Below are positions 46,883 through 56,098 of a DNA stretch of 58,733 bases, piece after piece. The position numbers were made by a program, and so were the translations under genes. Source of the stretch: a virus (lineage: Duplodnaviria; Caudoviricetes); the IMG/VR virus record IMGVR_UViG_3300046792_000073, positions 1 through 58,733 of that record. One strand, 5' to 3'. The notes under the pieces are model-generated. The model was not told where the DNA came from, did not search any database, and saw nothing but the letters and a program-made list of their open reading frames with translations. Each line of letters starts with the position of its first letter. Positions within the stretch are counted from its first letter, which is position 1.

Positions 46883-47232
46883 TGCACCCAAACCAGATCC
46901 AGCCGCAGCGGACGATCGTCAGCCGGGCGCCGGCCAAGCCCGGCCCGCGCCGGCAGTCGTCGCTGTCGTTCGCGACCCGCCGCCGCCGGCCGCTGGGCAA
47001 GATCCGGTTCCCGGCGGACCCGTCCCGGGCCGGCAAGGTCCTGCCGCCCGGCGCCCGGCAGCGCACCACGCCGGTACGGCGCCCTGAGCGGCTCGACGTG
47101 CTGGCCCGCTGCACGAACTACGCCGAGCAGGCGATGCGCGCCGGCGTAGTCAAGCTGTCGTTGACACCGGCGCAGCGCCGGCGGGTCACGCACAAGGGGA
47201 AGCTGGACGCCGCCCAGCGCGCCTGGTTATGA
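46879..47232 (+). CDS. Arg-rich protein
   Basis: LTPAQRRR..HK motif; precedes a terminator. Confidence 0.6.
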   Translation: MMHPNQIQPQRTIVSRAPAKPGPRRQSSLSFATRRRRPLGKIRFPADPSRAGKVLPPGARQRTTPVRRPERLDVLARCTNYAEQAMRAGVVKLSLTPAQRRRVTHKGKLDAAQRAWL

Positions 47233-47255
47233 CCGGGGCCGACAGATAGCGGAAC

Positions 47256-47302
47256 AGTTCCGGCGTCCTGACCTGCGGGTTCACGGGCGCCGGGACTTTC
47301 TT
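47256..47302 (+). terminator. Intrinsic terminator
   Basis: AGTTCCGGCGTCC / GGGCGCCGGGACT followed by TTCTT. Confidence 0.7.
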
Positions 47303-47313
47303 ATCCGCCGGGG

Positions 47314-47343
47314 TTGGCGAATGTCCGACCCGCCTGCTACGTT
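47314..47343 (+). promoter_or_regulatory. Promoter TTGGCG-N18-TACGTT
   Basis: Same 18-bp spacing as the other right-arm promoters. Confidence 0.55.
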
Positions 47344-47387
47344 TCTCTTATCGGGTGAAAGGCACCCGGTAAGAGAGAGGGACCGCA

Positions 47388-48692
47388 ATGACCGCAACCG
47401 ACGTCAACATCGAGTTCGACACCCAGCGCGCCGGCCAACTGTCCGCCATCGTCGAGATGCGCGCCGACCTGACCCGCCGGCAGGCCGAGTTCGACACCGG
47501 AGCCGCGCAGGCCAAGCTCGACGCCGACCTCGCCCAGCGGGTCGCCGACGGCAAGATCGCCATGATGGGTGAGGGCCGCTACCGGGTGCTTGAGGGCTGG
47601 GACCGCGGCGAGATCTTTACCGTCCGCACGGCCACCCGTCCCGGCGAACTGACCCTGATCGAGCCGCAGGCCGGGCTCGACCTCGACGAGGCCGGCAAGG
47701 CCCTCGGCTACTTCGCCCAGCCGGAATGGCACGGCCTGGGCACGGTGATCCCCGGCGGGACCACCGACATCGGCAAGATCCTTGAGGTGTCCGGGCTCGA
47801 CTGGGACGTCGAAAAGGTCGCGGTCCGCTACTTCGGCGACTCGGCGACGGACCTGCGCGAACTGCCCGACGCCTACGTCACCCGCCGGTCAGACACCCAC
47901 AACGGGCTCGGCGTCGTCGGCTCACGGTATGAGCCGGTGCAGAACAGGGACGCGTTCGGGTTCCTCGCCGACCTGCTCGGCAAGCGGGAGATCCTCCCGG
48001 TGTCGGCGTTCCCGCTGCGCGGCGGCCGGACCGTCGTGATCGCCCTGCGGCTGCCCGAGGACGTCGTCATCGACGCGCAGGGCGTCGCCGACATCATCAC
48101 CCCGTATCTGATGGCCCGCAACAGTCATGACGGCCGGACCCCGGTCCAGTGTGTCGTGACCCCGTGGCGTGCCCGGTGCTCTAACACCGAGCGCCTGGCG
48201 ATGGCGAACGCGATCACCCGCTGGTCAACCCCGCACCTGCGCAACGCACTGCGCCGGATCGACGAGGCCCGGCAGACCCTCAAGCTCGCCGTCAACTACT
48301 ACACCGAGTTCGGCCACCAGGAGACCAAGCTCGCCCGCACCGACCTGACCGTCGCCCAGATCGACACGATCCTGGCCGACCTGGACCGGGAACTGTGGCC
48401 GGACAAGCAGGCCGACCAGACCGAGGGCAAGGGCGCCCCGTCCAAGCGGTCCGAGACCACCCGCCGGCAGCGCGACGAGGCGATCAGGGACATCCTCGGC
48501 GTCGAGCGCGAGCGGGTCGGGCAGACCGCCTACGCCGTCGAGCGGGCGTTCACCGACTACCTGGACCACGTCGCCCCCCGCCGGATTCAGGGGATGGCGA
48601 TGGGCGCGGCGATGGCGACGGCGATCGTCGAGGGCGCCGAGGACCAGCGCAAGGCCAAGCTGCACGAGCGGCTGATGCTGGTCACCCGGTAA
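47388..48692 (+). CDS. DUF932 (TIGR03299-like) phage/plasmid protein
   Basis: WHGLG, GLDWDV, LGVVGSRYEPVQN, NSHDG, TP.R..C.NT. Confidence 0.88.
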   Translation: MTATDVNIEFDTQRAGQLSAIVEMRADLTRRQAEFDTGAAQAKLDADLAQRVADGKIAMMGEGRYRVLEGWDRGEIFTVRTATRPGELTLIEPQAGLDLDEAGKALGYFAQPEWHGLGTVIPGGTTDIGKILEVSGLDWDVEKVAVRYFGDSATDLRELPDAYVTRRSDTHNGLGVVGSRYEPVQNRDAFGFLADLLGKREILPVSAFPLRGGRTVVIALRLPEDVVIDAQGVADIITPYLMARNSHDGRTPVQCVVTPWRARCSNTERLAMANAITRWSTPHLRNALRRIDEARQTLKLAVNYYTEFGHQETKLARTDLTVAQIDTILADLDRELWPDKQADQTEGKGAPSKRSETTRRQRDEAIRDILGVERERVGQTAYAVERAFTDYLDHVAPRRIQGMAMGAAMATAIVEGAEDQRKAKLHERLMLVTR

Positions 48693-48706
48693 GCTCGGGA
48701 CGCCAC

Positions 48707-48757
48707 GAGAGGCGCCGGCCCGGGGGAGAGATCCCCCGGGCCGGCGTCTCTTTGCTT
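48707..48757 (+). terminator. Intrinsic terminator
   Basis: GGCGCCGGCCCGGGGG / CCCCCGGGCCGGCGTC followed by TCTTTGCTT. Confidence 0.8.
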
Positions 48758-48763
48758 ACCGGG

Positions 48764-48804
48764 TAGACAGGGCGATCACCCGCCCGCTATTCTTAACGTG
48801 TAAG
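48764..48804 (+). promoter_or_regulatory. Repeat promoter 1
   Basis: TAGACA-N18-TATTCTTAACGTGTAAG. Confidence 0.8.
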
Positions 48805-48832
48805 TAGCTGAGAGAGACAGAGGGAGACCGCG

Positions 48833-49099
48833 ATGACCACGACCGCAGTCCAGGCCCGGCAAGAGGCGATGGGCATGCTCACCGAGTTGTACTGGCCCGC
48901 GACCGGCGACTACCAGTTCGCCGGCGGCCCGGTCTCGGCCGTCGCCGACAACATCGCCAAGCTCGCCGCCCTCGGCCGGACCGACCGCTGGCGCAAGGCG
49001 ATCACCCGGTGGGCCGACGAGGTCCGCCAGGCGACCCCCGAGACCCTGCACTGGGCCTACTTCCAGTTCGCCGTCTACGCCGGCCACGCCAGCGAATGA
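48833..49099 (+). CDS. Hypothetical early protein
   Basis: Directly downstream of the promoter and a GA-rich RBS. Confidence 0.75.
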   Translation: MTTTAVQARQEAMGMLTELYWPATGDYQFAGGPVSAVADNIAKLAALGRTDRWRKAITRWADEVRQATPETLHWAYFQFAVYAGHASE

Positions 49100-49107
49100 G
49101 ACCATAG

Positions 49108-49140
49108 CGCCGGCCCGCCCGCTCACAAGGCGGGCCGGCG
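49108..49140 (+). terminator. 12-bp hairpin
   Basis: CGCCGGCCCGCC / GGCGGGCCGGCG. Confidence 0.5.
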
Positions 49141-49178
49141 TGAACCATCCACCCAACCACGAGAGAGGAACGACCGCA

Positions 49179-50135
49179 ATGCGACCTAAAGGACCGATGG
49201 ACCCGGGCTGGCGCCCCGCCGACCCGGTCGGGCAGATGCTGATGCTCGACATCCTTGAGCGCCTCGCCCAGCACCGCGCCGAGGACACCCTGCCGCGGTC
49301 ACCGCGTGGCCTGTTCTACGACCTGCGCCCCGACGGCATGGGCCACGGCCTGCACTACGTCAAGCAGCCGAGGATGATCACCGTCGGCCGGGGCACCCGC
49401 CGCGCCGACCCGGCCGAGATCGGCCCGATCCAGGTGCAGGAAATGCTCGTCAAGCTGCGCCGCGCCGGCCTGGTCCGCGAGGACTGGATCGAGGACACCC
49501 GCGCCCCGACCCCCGACATGCCGTCCTACAACGACGTGACCGCCGAGGACGAGGCCGCCTGGCTGGTCAACGAGATCATGTCGCCCCGGATCACCTACAG
49601 CCCGCAGCGCGGGCAGGACATGTTCCTTGAAATGGTCGTCGAGGCCGCCGGCCTGATCGGCCGCACCGCCCGCATCTGCCGCCCGTTCGGCGTGCCGGTG
49701 TACTCAGGTGGCGGGTTCGACGGGCTCAAGGGCAAGCGGGCGTTCGCCGAACGCGCCGCCGACCGGGACGTCCCGACGGTCGTGCTGCGGATCAGCGACC
49801 TCGACGAGCACGGCCTGCGGATCGCCGAGTCGATGGCCGAGGACTGTGTCGCCTGGGCGGTCAATGAGTACGGCGCCGACTACGACCAGTTGACCTTTGA
49901 ACGGATCGCCCTGACCGTCGCCCAAGCGGAGGCCGCCGGGGTGATCGACTCGGCGGGCAAGGCCGAGGCCGACGCCCTGCCGGTGCCGGTGATGGACGCG
50001 ATCATCACCGAGGCGATCGAGGAATACCAGGACGCGCAGACCCGCGAGGACAACGCCCGTGAGGCCGCCGAGGAATCCGCCCGCGTGACGGGCCTGGTCC
50101 TCGCCGGGCTGCGCGAGAGAGGAACCGAGTCATGA
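49179..50135 (+). CDS. Spo11/TopoVI-A-like wHTH-Toprim protein
   Basis: PRGLFYDL (RxxxY), IEDTR, EMVVE, GGGF, SDLDEHG (DxD), EADAL. Confidence 0.7.
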   Translation: MRPKGPMDPGWRPADPVGQMLMLDILERLAQHRAEDTLPRSPRGLFYDLRPDGMGHGLHYVKQPRMITVGRGTRRADPAEIGPIQVQEMLVKLRRAGLVREDWIEDTRAPTPDMPSYNDVTAEDEAAWLVNEIMSPRITYSPQRGQDMFLEMVVEAAGLIGRTARICRPFGVPVYSGGGFDGLKGKRAFAERAADRDVPTVVLRISDLDEHGLRIAESMAEDCVAWAVNEYGADYDQLTFERIALTVAQAEAAGVIDSAGKAEADALPVPVMDAIITEAIEEYQDAQTREDNAREAAEESARVTGLVLAGLRERGTES

Positions 50136-50584
50136 TCCACGACCACGATACGACCGCCGAGACTCTCGCCGCCGCCGGGCCGCCCGGCGAACGGCACGCG
50201 ACAATCAGGTTCAGCCACACCACGACCCGGCAGATCGTCGTCGATGCCGGCGAGATCCGGCGAATCTTCGGCCTGGGCGGTGTCCCCGCCGAGCAACTGA
50301 TCGACCGGCTCGTCGCCCTGCTCGCCGCCCGCCCGTCCGTGCTGGCGGCCGACGAGGTCGAGAACGGCGCGACGTGGGAATCCGACACCGGCCATGTCCT
50401 GGTCACGGTCAACGGCATGCCCCCCGGCGAGGCCGCCGAGTTCGTGATCCTCGCCGAATCCGAGACCGACGCCCCGAACCCCGGCTGTGTCCGCTGCTCG
50501 GCCGGCCACGGCCAGGGACCCGACGTCCGGCCGTGCGCCTGCCTGAATCAGTGCGCGTTCCTCGGCTGCGGGGCCATGCCATGA
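50132..50584 (+). CDS. Hypothetical protein (Cys-rich C-terminus)
   Basis: RBS GAGAGAGGAACCG. Confidence 0.7.
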   Translation: MIHDHDTTAETLAAAGPPGERHATIRFSHTTTRQIVVDAGEIRRIFGLGGVPAEQLIDRLVALLAARPSVLAADEVENGATWESDTGHVLVTVNGMPPGEAAEFVILAESETDAPNPGCVRCSAGHGQGPDVRPCACLNQCAFLGCGAMP

Positions 50585-51120
50585 CCGCCGACGGCCAGAC
50601 CAGGGCAGCGCTTATGCTCGCCGACCGCCGGCACCGGCCCGCGACCGGCCGGGAGGTCTGCCAGCACGACGGCGAGTCGTGGCCGTGCGACGCCCGCCTC
50701 GCCCTCGACGCCCTCAACGCGTCAGCCGAGGACGCGACCGCCTGGCGGGAACACGCCCAGACCGACTGCGCGGCGCTGCGCCGGGTGTGGGATCTGAGCC
50801 GCCGATGGGATCAGCGGGCGCGCGCCAATTCCGACCAGGTGAGTGCCGCGATGATGGCCGGCTATGCGCTGACCATCCGTAACGCCATCACCGACGACCC
50901 GCCCGCGTCCCGGCGCCGCGCCACCGACCCGGGATGGCTCGCGATGTTCCTCGGCGCCCGCGACTGCCGCTGGTGCCACCAGCGGATCCGGCCCCAAGGT
51001 CCCCGCCCGGACTGGGCCGCCGATGGCAAGAAATGGCCGGCGCTGATGTGCCCGGCCCGGCCAGTCGCCGACGGCGACCTCGCCCTGCACGAACCGGAGG
51101 AATCCCCCGATGAGACCTGA
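50581..51120 (+). CDS. Hypothetical zinc-binding protein
   Basis: H.P...C..D...WPC and CRWC...CP...HEP. Confidence 0.65.
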   Translation: MTADGQTRAALMLADRRHRPATGREVCQHDGESWPCDARLALDALNASAEDATAWREHAQTDCAALRRVWDLSRRWDQRARANSDQVSAAMMAGYALTIRNAITDDPPASRRRATDPGWLAMFLGARDCRWCHQRIRPQGPRPDWAADGKKWPALMCPARPVADGDLALHEPEESPDET

Positions 51121-51418
51121 CCGGACCGAACTGACCGCCGCGCTCGATGGCGCCGGGATCATCGAGGCCGCCCAGCTTGGCGACGCGATCCTCGCCGCCT
51201 GGCCCGCCTCGTCCACGGCGCCGGCGAACCTCGACGACGCGATCAGCCGCGCCGAGGACCTCGCCGCCGAACTGGGCCGGCTGCTCGGCTATATCAGCAC
51301 CGCCGAGCCGGTGCCGACCCGGAAGGCCGAGATCCGCCAGCACCGGGCCGGCTCGTGCTGGTGCGGTAGCTCGCACTCGGTGCCCGGTGCCCGCTCGCTC
51401 AACCAGCCGCACCCGTGA
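51110..51418 (+). CDS. Hypothetical protein
   Basis: RBS ggagg; CWC...H. Confidence 0.6.
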   Translation: MRPDRTELTAALDGAGIIEAAQLGDAILAAWPASSTAPANLDDAISRAEDLAAELGRLLGYISTAEPVPTRKAEIRQHRAGSCWCGSSHSVPGARSLNQPHP

Positions 51419-51457
51419 AACAATAGGCTGACCAGCCACAGGAGAGAGGAACAGCCG

Positions 51458-51799
51458 ATGACAACGACCGACGAGCAGTTCACCGACACCGGCCCCGGGC
51501 AGCCGCACGAGCGGCTGTGGCCCGAGCAGGTCGTCGAGCTACTCGGGCTCGCCTCAACCGATTCGCTGCGCGCCACCGCCGGCCGGTCCCGGCAACTGGC
51601 CCGCCGGGGCAAGCTCACCGTCCACGACCTGCCCGTCGAGGACGGCCGCGACAAGCGGAAGATCCCCACTGGGGAGGACGGCAAAGGCCCGGTCCGCACC
51701 GTGTGGCAATCCTGGTGGTACAGGGCGACGATCGAGGCGCATCTGCCGCACCGGCGCGGCCGGGGCAACCCGGGGAAGGCCAAGGCCGATGCTGCCTGA
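51458..51799 (+). CDS. HTH DNA-binding protein (AlpA/Xis-like)
   Basis: L..EQVVELLG...SLR, LP, W.RATIEA...R.GRG. Confidence 0.7.
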   Translation: MTTTDEQFTDTGPGQPHERLWPEQVVELLGLASTDSLRATAGRSRQLARRGKLTVHDLPVEDGRDKRKIPTGEDGKGPVRTVWQSWWYRATIEAHLPHRRGRGNPGKAKADAA

Positions 51800-52043
51800 C
51801 CGGCACGGCGGCCGGCTGCTCGGCAAGGCCGCGACCCGGACCGGGCCGATGCCGGCCCGGCTCGCCGCCCTGCTGACTGGCGAGGATTACGAGACCGCCC
51901 TGCTCGACGGCGAGCCGCCGTTCGTGCCGGGGATCGTTCTGTCCGTTCCCGACGGCGACGGCACCGTCCCCCGGTGCCCGGTCCACCAGGAACCGGCCGG
52001 CGGCGGCCGGGTGTGCATCGCCTGCGACGGGGGCGTGTTCTAA
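51789..52043 (+). CDS. Hypothetical protein
   Basis: CPVH...CIAC. Confidence 0.55.
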   Translation: MLPDRHGGRLLGKAATRTGPMPARLAALLTGEDYETALLDGEPPFVPGIVLSVPDGDGTVPRCPVHQEPAGGGRVCIACDGGVF

Positions 52044-52044
52044 G

Positions 52045-52551
52045 GTGGCCCGCCACCGCCGCAAGCCGGCCAGCTACCGCGAGGTCATCGCCCCGGGCGC
52101 CCTGCGCATCCCCGACGAGGTCGAGGTCACCCTCGACGGGGGACCGCGTATCGGCACCGCCCGCCTGGCCGCCGACGATCGCGGCGTGACCGCGTCGATC
52201 AGTCTCGACGGCGACGCTGGCCTGGCCGCCGCTGACGCGATCCTCACCGGGAACGTCGCCGGCCTGTCGTTCCGGGTTGAGCCGTCCCTGCCCGTCGAGG
52301 CGGTTGTGACGGCGCCCCAGCCGGGCGCCCTGGATCCGGTGCCCTGGCATATCGTGTCCGGGCACCGGCACCGGCACGCCGAGCGCACCGCCGACGGCAG
52401 CGGCCTGACCGGGTGGCGGGAGCATGACCACCTGGGCGGCGGTCAGCCGCACCGGCACGACCCGCAGACGGGGGCGCAGATCCCCGTCGGCTGCGACCCG
52501 GACCGGTGCCGGCACCCGTTCGGCTCGCACGCCGAGACCTGCCGGTCATAA
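52045..52551 (+). CDS. Hypothetical protein (His-rich C-terminus)
   Basis: HRHRH, HDH, HRH repeats. Confidence 0.6.
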   Translation: MARHRRKPASYREVIAPGALRIPDEVEVTLDGGPRIGTARLAADDRGVTASISLDGDAGLAAADAILTGNVAGLSFRVEPSLPVEAVVTAPQPGALDPVPWHIVSGHRHRHAERTADGSGLTGWREHDHLGGGQPHRHDPQTGAQIPVGCDPDRCRHPFGSHAETCRS

Positions 52552-52558
52552 TGGCGCC

Positions 52559-52825
52559 ATGAGCACTTCCCCCGAACCGATGCCCGGCCCCGCCGGCCCG
52601 AGGTACGTCCCGGGCCTGCCGACCGCCTCGACCGACATCACCGTCCCCAAGGGGACCCGGCTGACCCTCGCCCACCTGCGCGCCCTGCTCGCCCAGGCCG
52701 ACTCGATCCACCTGTCCCCCGGCGCCGTGGTGACCCCTGCGACGTCGATCGGCGGGAAGCTGACCGGGCTCAAGGTCGAGGGCGACATCCGGCCGGCTGC
52801 CAACGACCCGTTGACAGGCCAGTGA
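52559..52825 (+). CDS. Hypothetical protein
   Basis: ATG 52559, just after CATAAT (possible leaderless mRNA). Confidence 0.6.
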   Translation: MSTSPEPMPGPAGPRYVPGLPTASTDITVPKGTRLTLAHLRALLAQADSIHLSPGAVVTPATSIGGKLTGLKVEGDIRPAANDPLTGQ

Positions 52826-53358
52826 CCGCCGCCCCGGCCGAGGGGTTCCGCCTCGCACCACAAGAGTTCGACCCCGCGATCGACGTCACGGCGATCCGCG
52901 AGCACCCAAAGAACGTCAACGAGGGCGACCTCGGCGCGATTGACTCGTCGATGCGCAAACACGGTATGGCCGGCGGTGTCCTGGTCCAGCGGTCCACCGG
53001 GTACATCATCAGCGGCAACCACACCTACCGGACCGCCGTCGGGCAAGGCGCCCCCGCCGTCCCCGGGTTCTGGCTGGACGTCGATGACGACGCCGCCGAG
53101 CAGATGATGCTCGACTGGAATCACTCCGCACGGCTGGGCCGCGACGACCCGTTCAAGCTCGCCGCCCTGCTCGTCGAACTAGCCGGCCGGGACGCCCTGC
53201 CGGCGACCTACGGCCGCGACGACCTCGACGAGATCCTCGCCGACATCGACCAGGGCGAGGGCATGTTCCCCGACGCCGGCGACGACCTGCCCACCGAACA
53301 CGAGTGCCCGTCCTGCGGCTACAAATGGTCGGGGAAGACAACCCCGCGCGCCGGATGA
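52822..53358 (+). CDS. ParB/Srx-like nuclease-domain protein with zinc ribbon
   Basis: HPKN, I..S..KHG, IISGNH, CPSCGY. Confidence 0.85.
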   Translation: MTAAPAEGFRLAPQEFDPAIDVTAIREHPKNVNEGDLGAIDSSMRKHGMAGGVLVQRSTGYIISGNHTYRTAVGQGAPAVPGFWLDVDDDAAEQMMLDWNHSARLGRDDPFKLAALLVELAGRDALPATYGRDDLDEILADIDQGEGMFPDAGDDLPTEHECPSCGYKWSGKTTPRAG

Positions 53359-54392
53359 CCCGCCCGGCCTACGTCCTGCCAACGCTGGCCGAGATCGCCG
53401 CGGTTCAGCCGAACGGGCACGTCGCCGCCTCCCTGTTCGCCGGCATGGGCGGGTCCTCGACCGGGTACAGGATCGCCGGCTACCGGATCGGGTACGCGTG
53501 CGAGTTCACCACCGCCGCCGCCGACACCTACGCCGCGAACATGGCCCCCGGGACCGTCCTGGACCGGCGCGACGTCCGCCAGGTCACCGGCGCCGACATC
53601 CTCGCCGCCACCGGCCCCGACCTGGCCCTGCTCGACGGGTCGCCGCCCTGTGACCCGTTCTCGACGTCGGGGAAAGGTGACGCGGCGTGGGGGAAGACCC
53701 GCGACTACCTCGGCGAGCACAAACAGCGCACCGACGACCTCTACCCCGAGTTCGCCCGCCTCGTCGCCGAGACCCGGCCGCGCGTGTTCGTCGCCGAGAA
53801 CGTCACCGGCCTGATCAAAGGCCGCGCCCGGGGCTACTTCCTGGCGCTGCTGCCCAAGCTGCGCGACCCGGGGTACAGGGTCGCGGCCAAGGTCCTCGAC
53901 GCGTCCTGGCTGGGCGTGCCGCAGATGCGCCAAAGGGTGATCATCGTCGGCGTCCGCAACGACCTGCGCCATGATCCGGTGTTCCCCGCGCCGCTGGGTT
54001 ACCGGCGGGTGCTGCGGGAAGCCCTCGACGCCGCCGTACCGGACCCGGACGATCCCGAGCCGGCGCCGCTGTCGCCGCAACTGGCCGCCGAGTGGCACCG
54101 GATGCGACGCGCCGGCATCTACAACTCGTCGAAGTTCCTCAACCTCAAGCGGGGGAATCTCAACGCGCCGGGCTATACGATCACCGGCCTGGCCGGCACT
54201 CGCGCGGGACCGTGCCACCCGTCCGAGCCGCGCCGGTTCACGATCGCCGAACTGCGCCAGATCGGGTCGGTGCCGGTGGATTACGTCCTGACGGGGGACT
54301 ATGCCCAGCAGTGCCAGCGGATCGGTCAGTCGGTGCCGCCGTTGATGGCGGCCGCGATCGGCCGCGCCCTGCTCCCCGTCCTATCCCGTTAA
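53355..54392 (+). CDS. DNA (cytosine-5) methyltransferase
   Basis: SLFAGMGG, GSPPC, ENV, PQ.RQR, IGQSVPP. Confidence 0.95.
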   Translation: MTRPAYVLPTLAEIAAVQPNGHVAASLFAGMGGSSTGYRIAGYRIGYACEFTTAAADTYAANMAPGTVLDRRDVRQVTGADILAATGPDLALLDGSPPCDPFSTSGKGDAAWGKTRDYLGEHKQRTDDLYPEFARLVAETRPRVFVAENVTGLIKGRARGYFLALLPKLRDPGYRVAAKVLDASWLGVPQMRQRVIIVGVRNDLRHDPVFPAPLGYRRVLREALDAAVPDPDDPEPAPLSPQLAAEWHRMRRAGIYNSSKFLNLKRGNLNAPGYTITGLAGTRAGPCHPSEPRRFTIAELRQIGSVPVDYVLTGDYAQQCQRIGQSVPPLMAAAIGRALLPVLSR

Positions 54393-54411
54393 GAAAAGTT
54401 CGGCCAAGGGG

Positions 54412-54441
54412 TAGGCAGATCCCCCACCTACCCGGTAATGT
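54412..54441 (+). promoter_or_regulatory. Promoter TAGGCA-N18-TAATGT
   Basis: Preceded by TAAGAAAAGT; same geometry as the repeat promoters. Confidence 0.65.
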
Positions 54442-54518
54442 TTCATCTGTAGGGCAGATCGAACCGCAGAGAACATCAGCCGACAGGCCGGAACCCACCG
54501 GCCGGGAAGGGGGTCACA

Positions 54519-54698
54519 ATGACCACCATCACGATCTGCCCCGAGGCCGAGGTCCGCGCGTTCGCGGCCGAGTTCGGGCACCTGCCCAACGTGGCCCGGA
54601 TGGTCGCCATGTGCGAGGCCGGGACGATCACCTGGGCCCAGGCCCACAAGATCGCCCGCCAGGCGCTGGCGGCCGGGATCTCGGCGGTGACGTCGTGA
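54519..54698 (+). CDS. Small hypothetical protein
   Basis: Read by eye: MTTITICPE...; RBS gaaggggg. Confidence 0.65.
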   Translation: MTTITICPEAEVRAFAAEFGHLPNVARMVAMCEAGTITWAQAHKIARQALAAGISAVTS

Positions 54699-54832
54699 AC
54701 CCGCTGCCGGCCTGCTCGGTCGCCACCCGGCGCCCGGTGTGGGTGTGCCCCAGGTGCGGGCGCGTGCTGGCCAAGGAACTGGACGGGTCCTCGTGGCTCG
54801 ATCCGGGCCTGGCCTGCCCGCCCCGGCGCTAG
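54695..54832 (+). CDS. Small CxxC protein
   Basis: GTGA overlap; CPRCG. Confidence 0.5.
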   Translation: MNPLPACSVATRRPVWVCPRCGRVLAKELDGSSWLDPGLACPPRR

Positions 54833-54835
54833 ACC

Positions 54836-54874
54836 GCCGGCCGGGGGGTCGGCCCGCTCGATCCCCCGGCCGGC
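54836..54874 (+). terminator. GC-rich hairpin
   Basis: GCCGGCCGGGGG / CCCCCGGCCGGC. Confidence 0.5.
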
Positions 54875-54895
54875 CCGAGAGAGAGGAACACGCAA

Positions 54896-55036
54896 ATGCA
54901 GGTCAACGGATGGACCTACGACCCGGCCCGGCGGCTGTGGTTCGCCGACGCCAGCGACGGTATCCGCTGGCTTGCCCTCGACGGCGGCCCGGACGACGCC
55001 CCGGCGTTCCGGCCCGACGCATTCCTGCCCGCGTAA
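54896..55036 (+). CDS. Small hypothetical protein
   Basis: MQVNGWTYD...; RBS GAGAGAGAGGAAC. Confidence 0.65.
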   Translation: MQVNGWTYDPARRLWFADASDGIRWLALDGGPDDAPAFRPDAFLPA

Positions 55037-55101
55037 GACCCGAGAGAGGAACCGCCCGGCACTTCCCCGCCGGGCGAACCCCGAGAGAGAGGAACCCTGC
55101 C

Positions 55102-55488
55102 ATGCCCGCCAGCAGCGTCACCGCCGCGATCACCGGAACCGACCACGCCACACCGGCGCTGGCCCGGGTCGCGGCGGTGACGCTGCTGGCGGGCTACCCA
55201 GCGACCGCGGTCACCGTCCAGCTTGTCGGCCTGGCCGTCGAGGGCGGCCTGCGCCCGCAGGCCGATCCGAGACGCCGGCGCGGCCTGTACCGGGTGTTCG
55301 TCAACGGCCCCGGCCGTGACGCCCTGTTCGGCTGCATCGACATCAGCGAGACCACCGGCCGGGCCGTCCGCGCCTACCTGACCCACGGCAACGACGGGGT
55401 CGAGCGCAGGTACGAGTCGGTCGCCGGCATCCGCGCCGTCCTCGCATCGTGGGCGGCGATCCAGCGTGAAAGGAACACCCACCCATGA
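55102..55488 (+). CDS. Hypothetical protein
   Basis: RBS GAGAGAGAGGAACC. Confidence 0.7.
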   Translation: MPASSVTAAITGTDHATPALARVAAVTLLAGYPATAVTVQLVGLAVEGGLRPQADPRRRRGLYRVFVNGPGRDALFGCIDISETTGRAVRAYLTHGNDGVERRYESVAGIRAVLASWAAIQRERNTHP

Positions 55489-56006
55489 CAAGCTCGCGCG
55501 ACATTCAGATCGCGTTCGACAAGCTCGCCTACGACCTCAACCTGGCCGGGGTCGGGCAGGAACTGCTCGACCGGCTCGCCACCCTGGCGACCGTGGTCCG
55601 GGGATACGCCGCCGGGCCGGCCGGCGACATCTACGCCGCCGACCCGGCGACCACCGCCGCCCACGCCGACCTCGCCGACCTCGACGACGGCGGCCCGGCC
55701 CTCGACACCGATCAGAAACTGGCCCGCGCCGCCGTCCTGGCGACGATCGGGAACAGCAACCAGCTAGCCCGGCTGCTCGCCGAGGAAACCGGTCCCGCAC
55801 CCGAGCCGGCTATCGCGCCCGAGCCGGCTGTCGCGCCGTCTGCGCTCGGCCCGTCCCAGGACGGCCTGACCCTGTATCAGGTGAGCGTCGGCACATACCC
55901 AGTCGGCCGGATCTTCTCGGCCGAGGTCATGGGGGTCAACCCGCTCGACGCCCTGGCGGTCGCCCCGCGCGAACTGCGCGCCCGCTACCCGGAGATCACC
56001 GAGTAA
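55485..56006 (+). CDS. Hypothetical protein
   Basis: RBS gaaaggaac; ATGA overlap. Confidence 0.7.
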   Translation: MTSSRDIQIAFDKLAYDLNLAGVGQELLDRLATLATVVRGYAAGPAGDIYAADPATTAAHADLADLDDGGPALDTDQKLARAAVLATIGNSNQLARLLAEETGPAPEPAIAPEPAVAPSALGPSQDGLTLYQVSVGTYPVGRIFSAEVMGVNPLDALAVAPRELRARYPEITE

Positions 56007-56035
56007 GAAATACTGGCCCGCGTGGGCGGATCGCC

Positions 56036-56076
56036 TTGGCAGGCGGCCCGCCCACCACCTATTCTTAACATGTAAG
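56036..56076 (+). promoter_or_regulatory. Repeat promoter 2
   Basis: TTGGCA-N18-TATTCTTAACATGTAAG. Confidence 0.85.
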
Positions 56077-56098
56077 GACTTGAGGGAGAGGAACCCAG

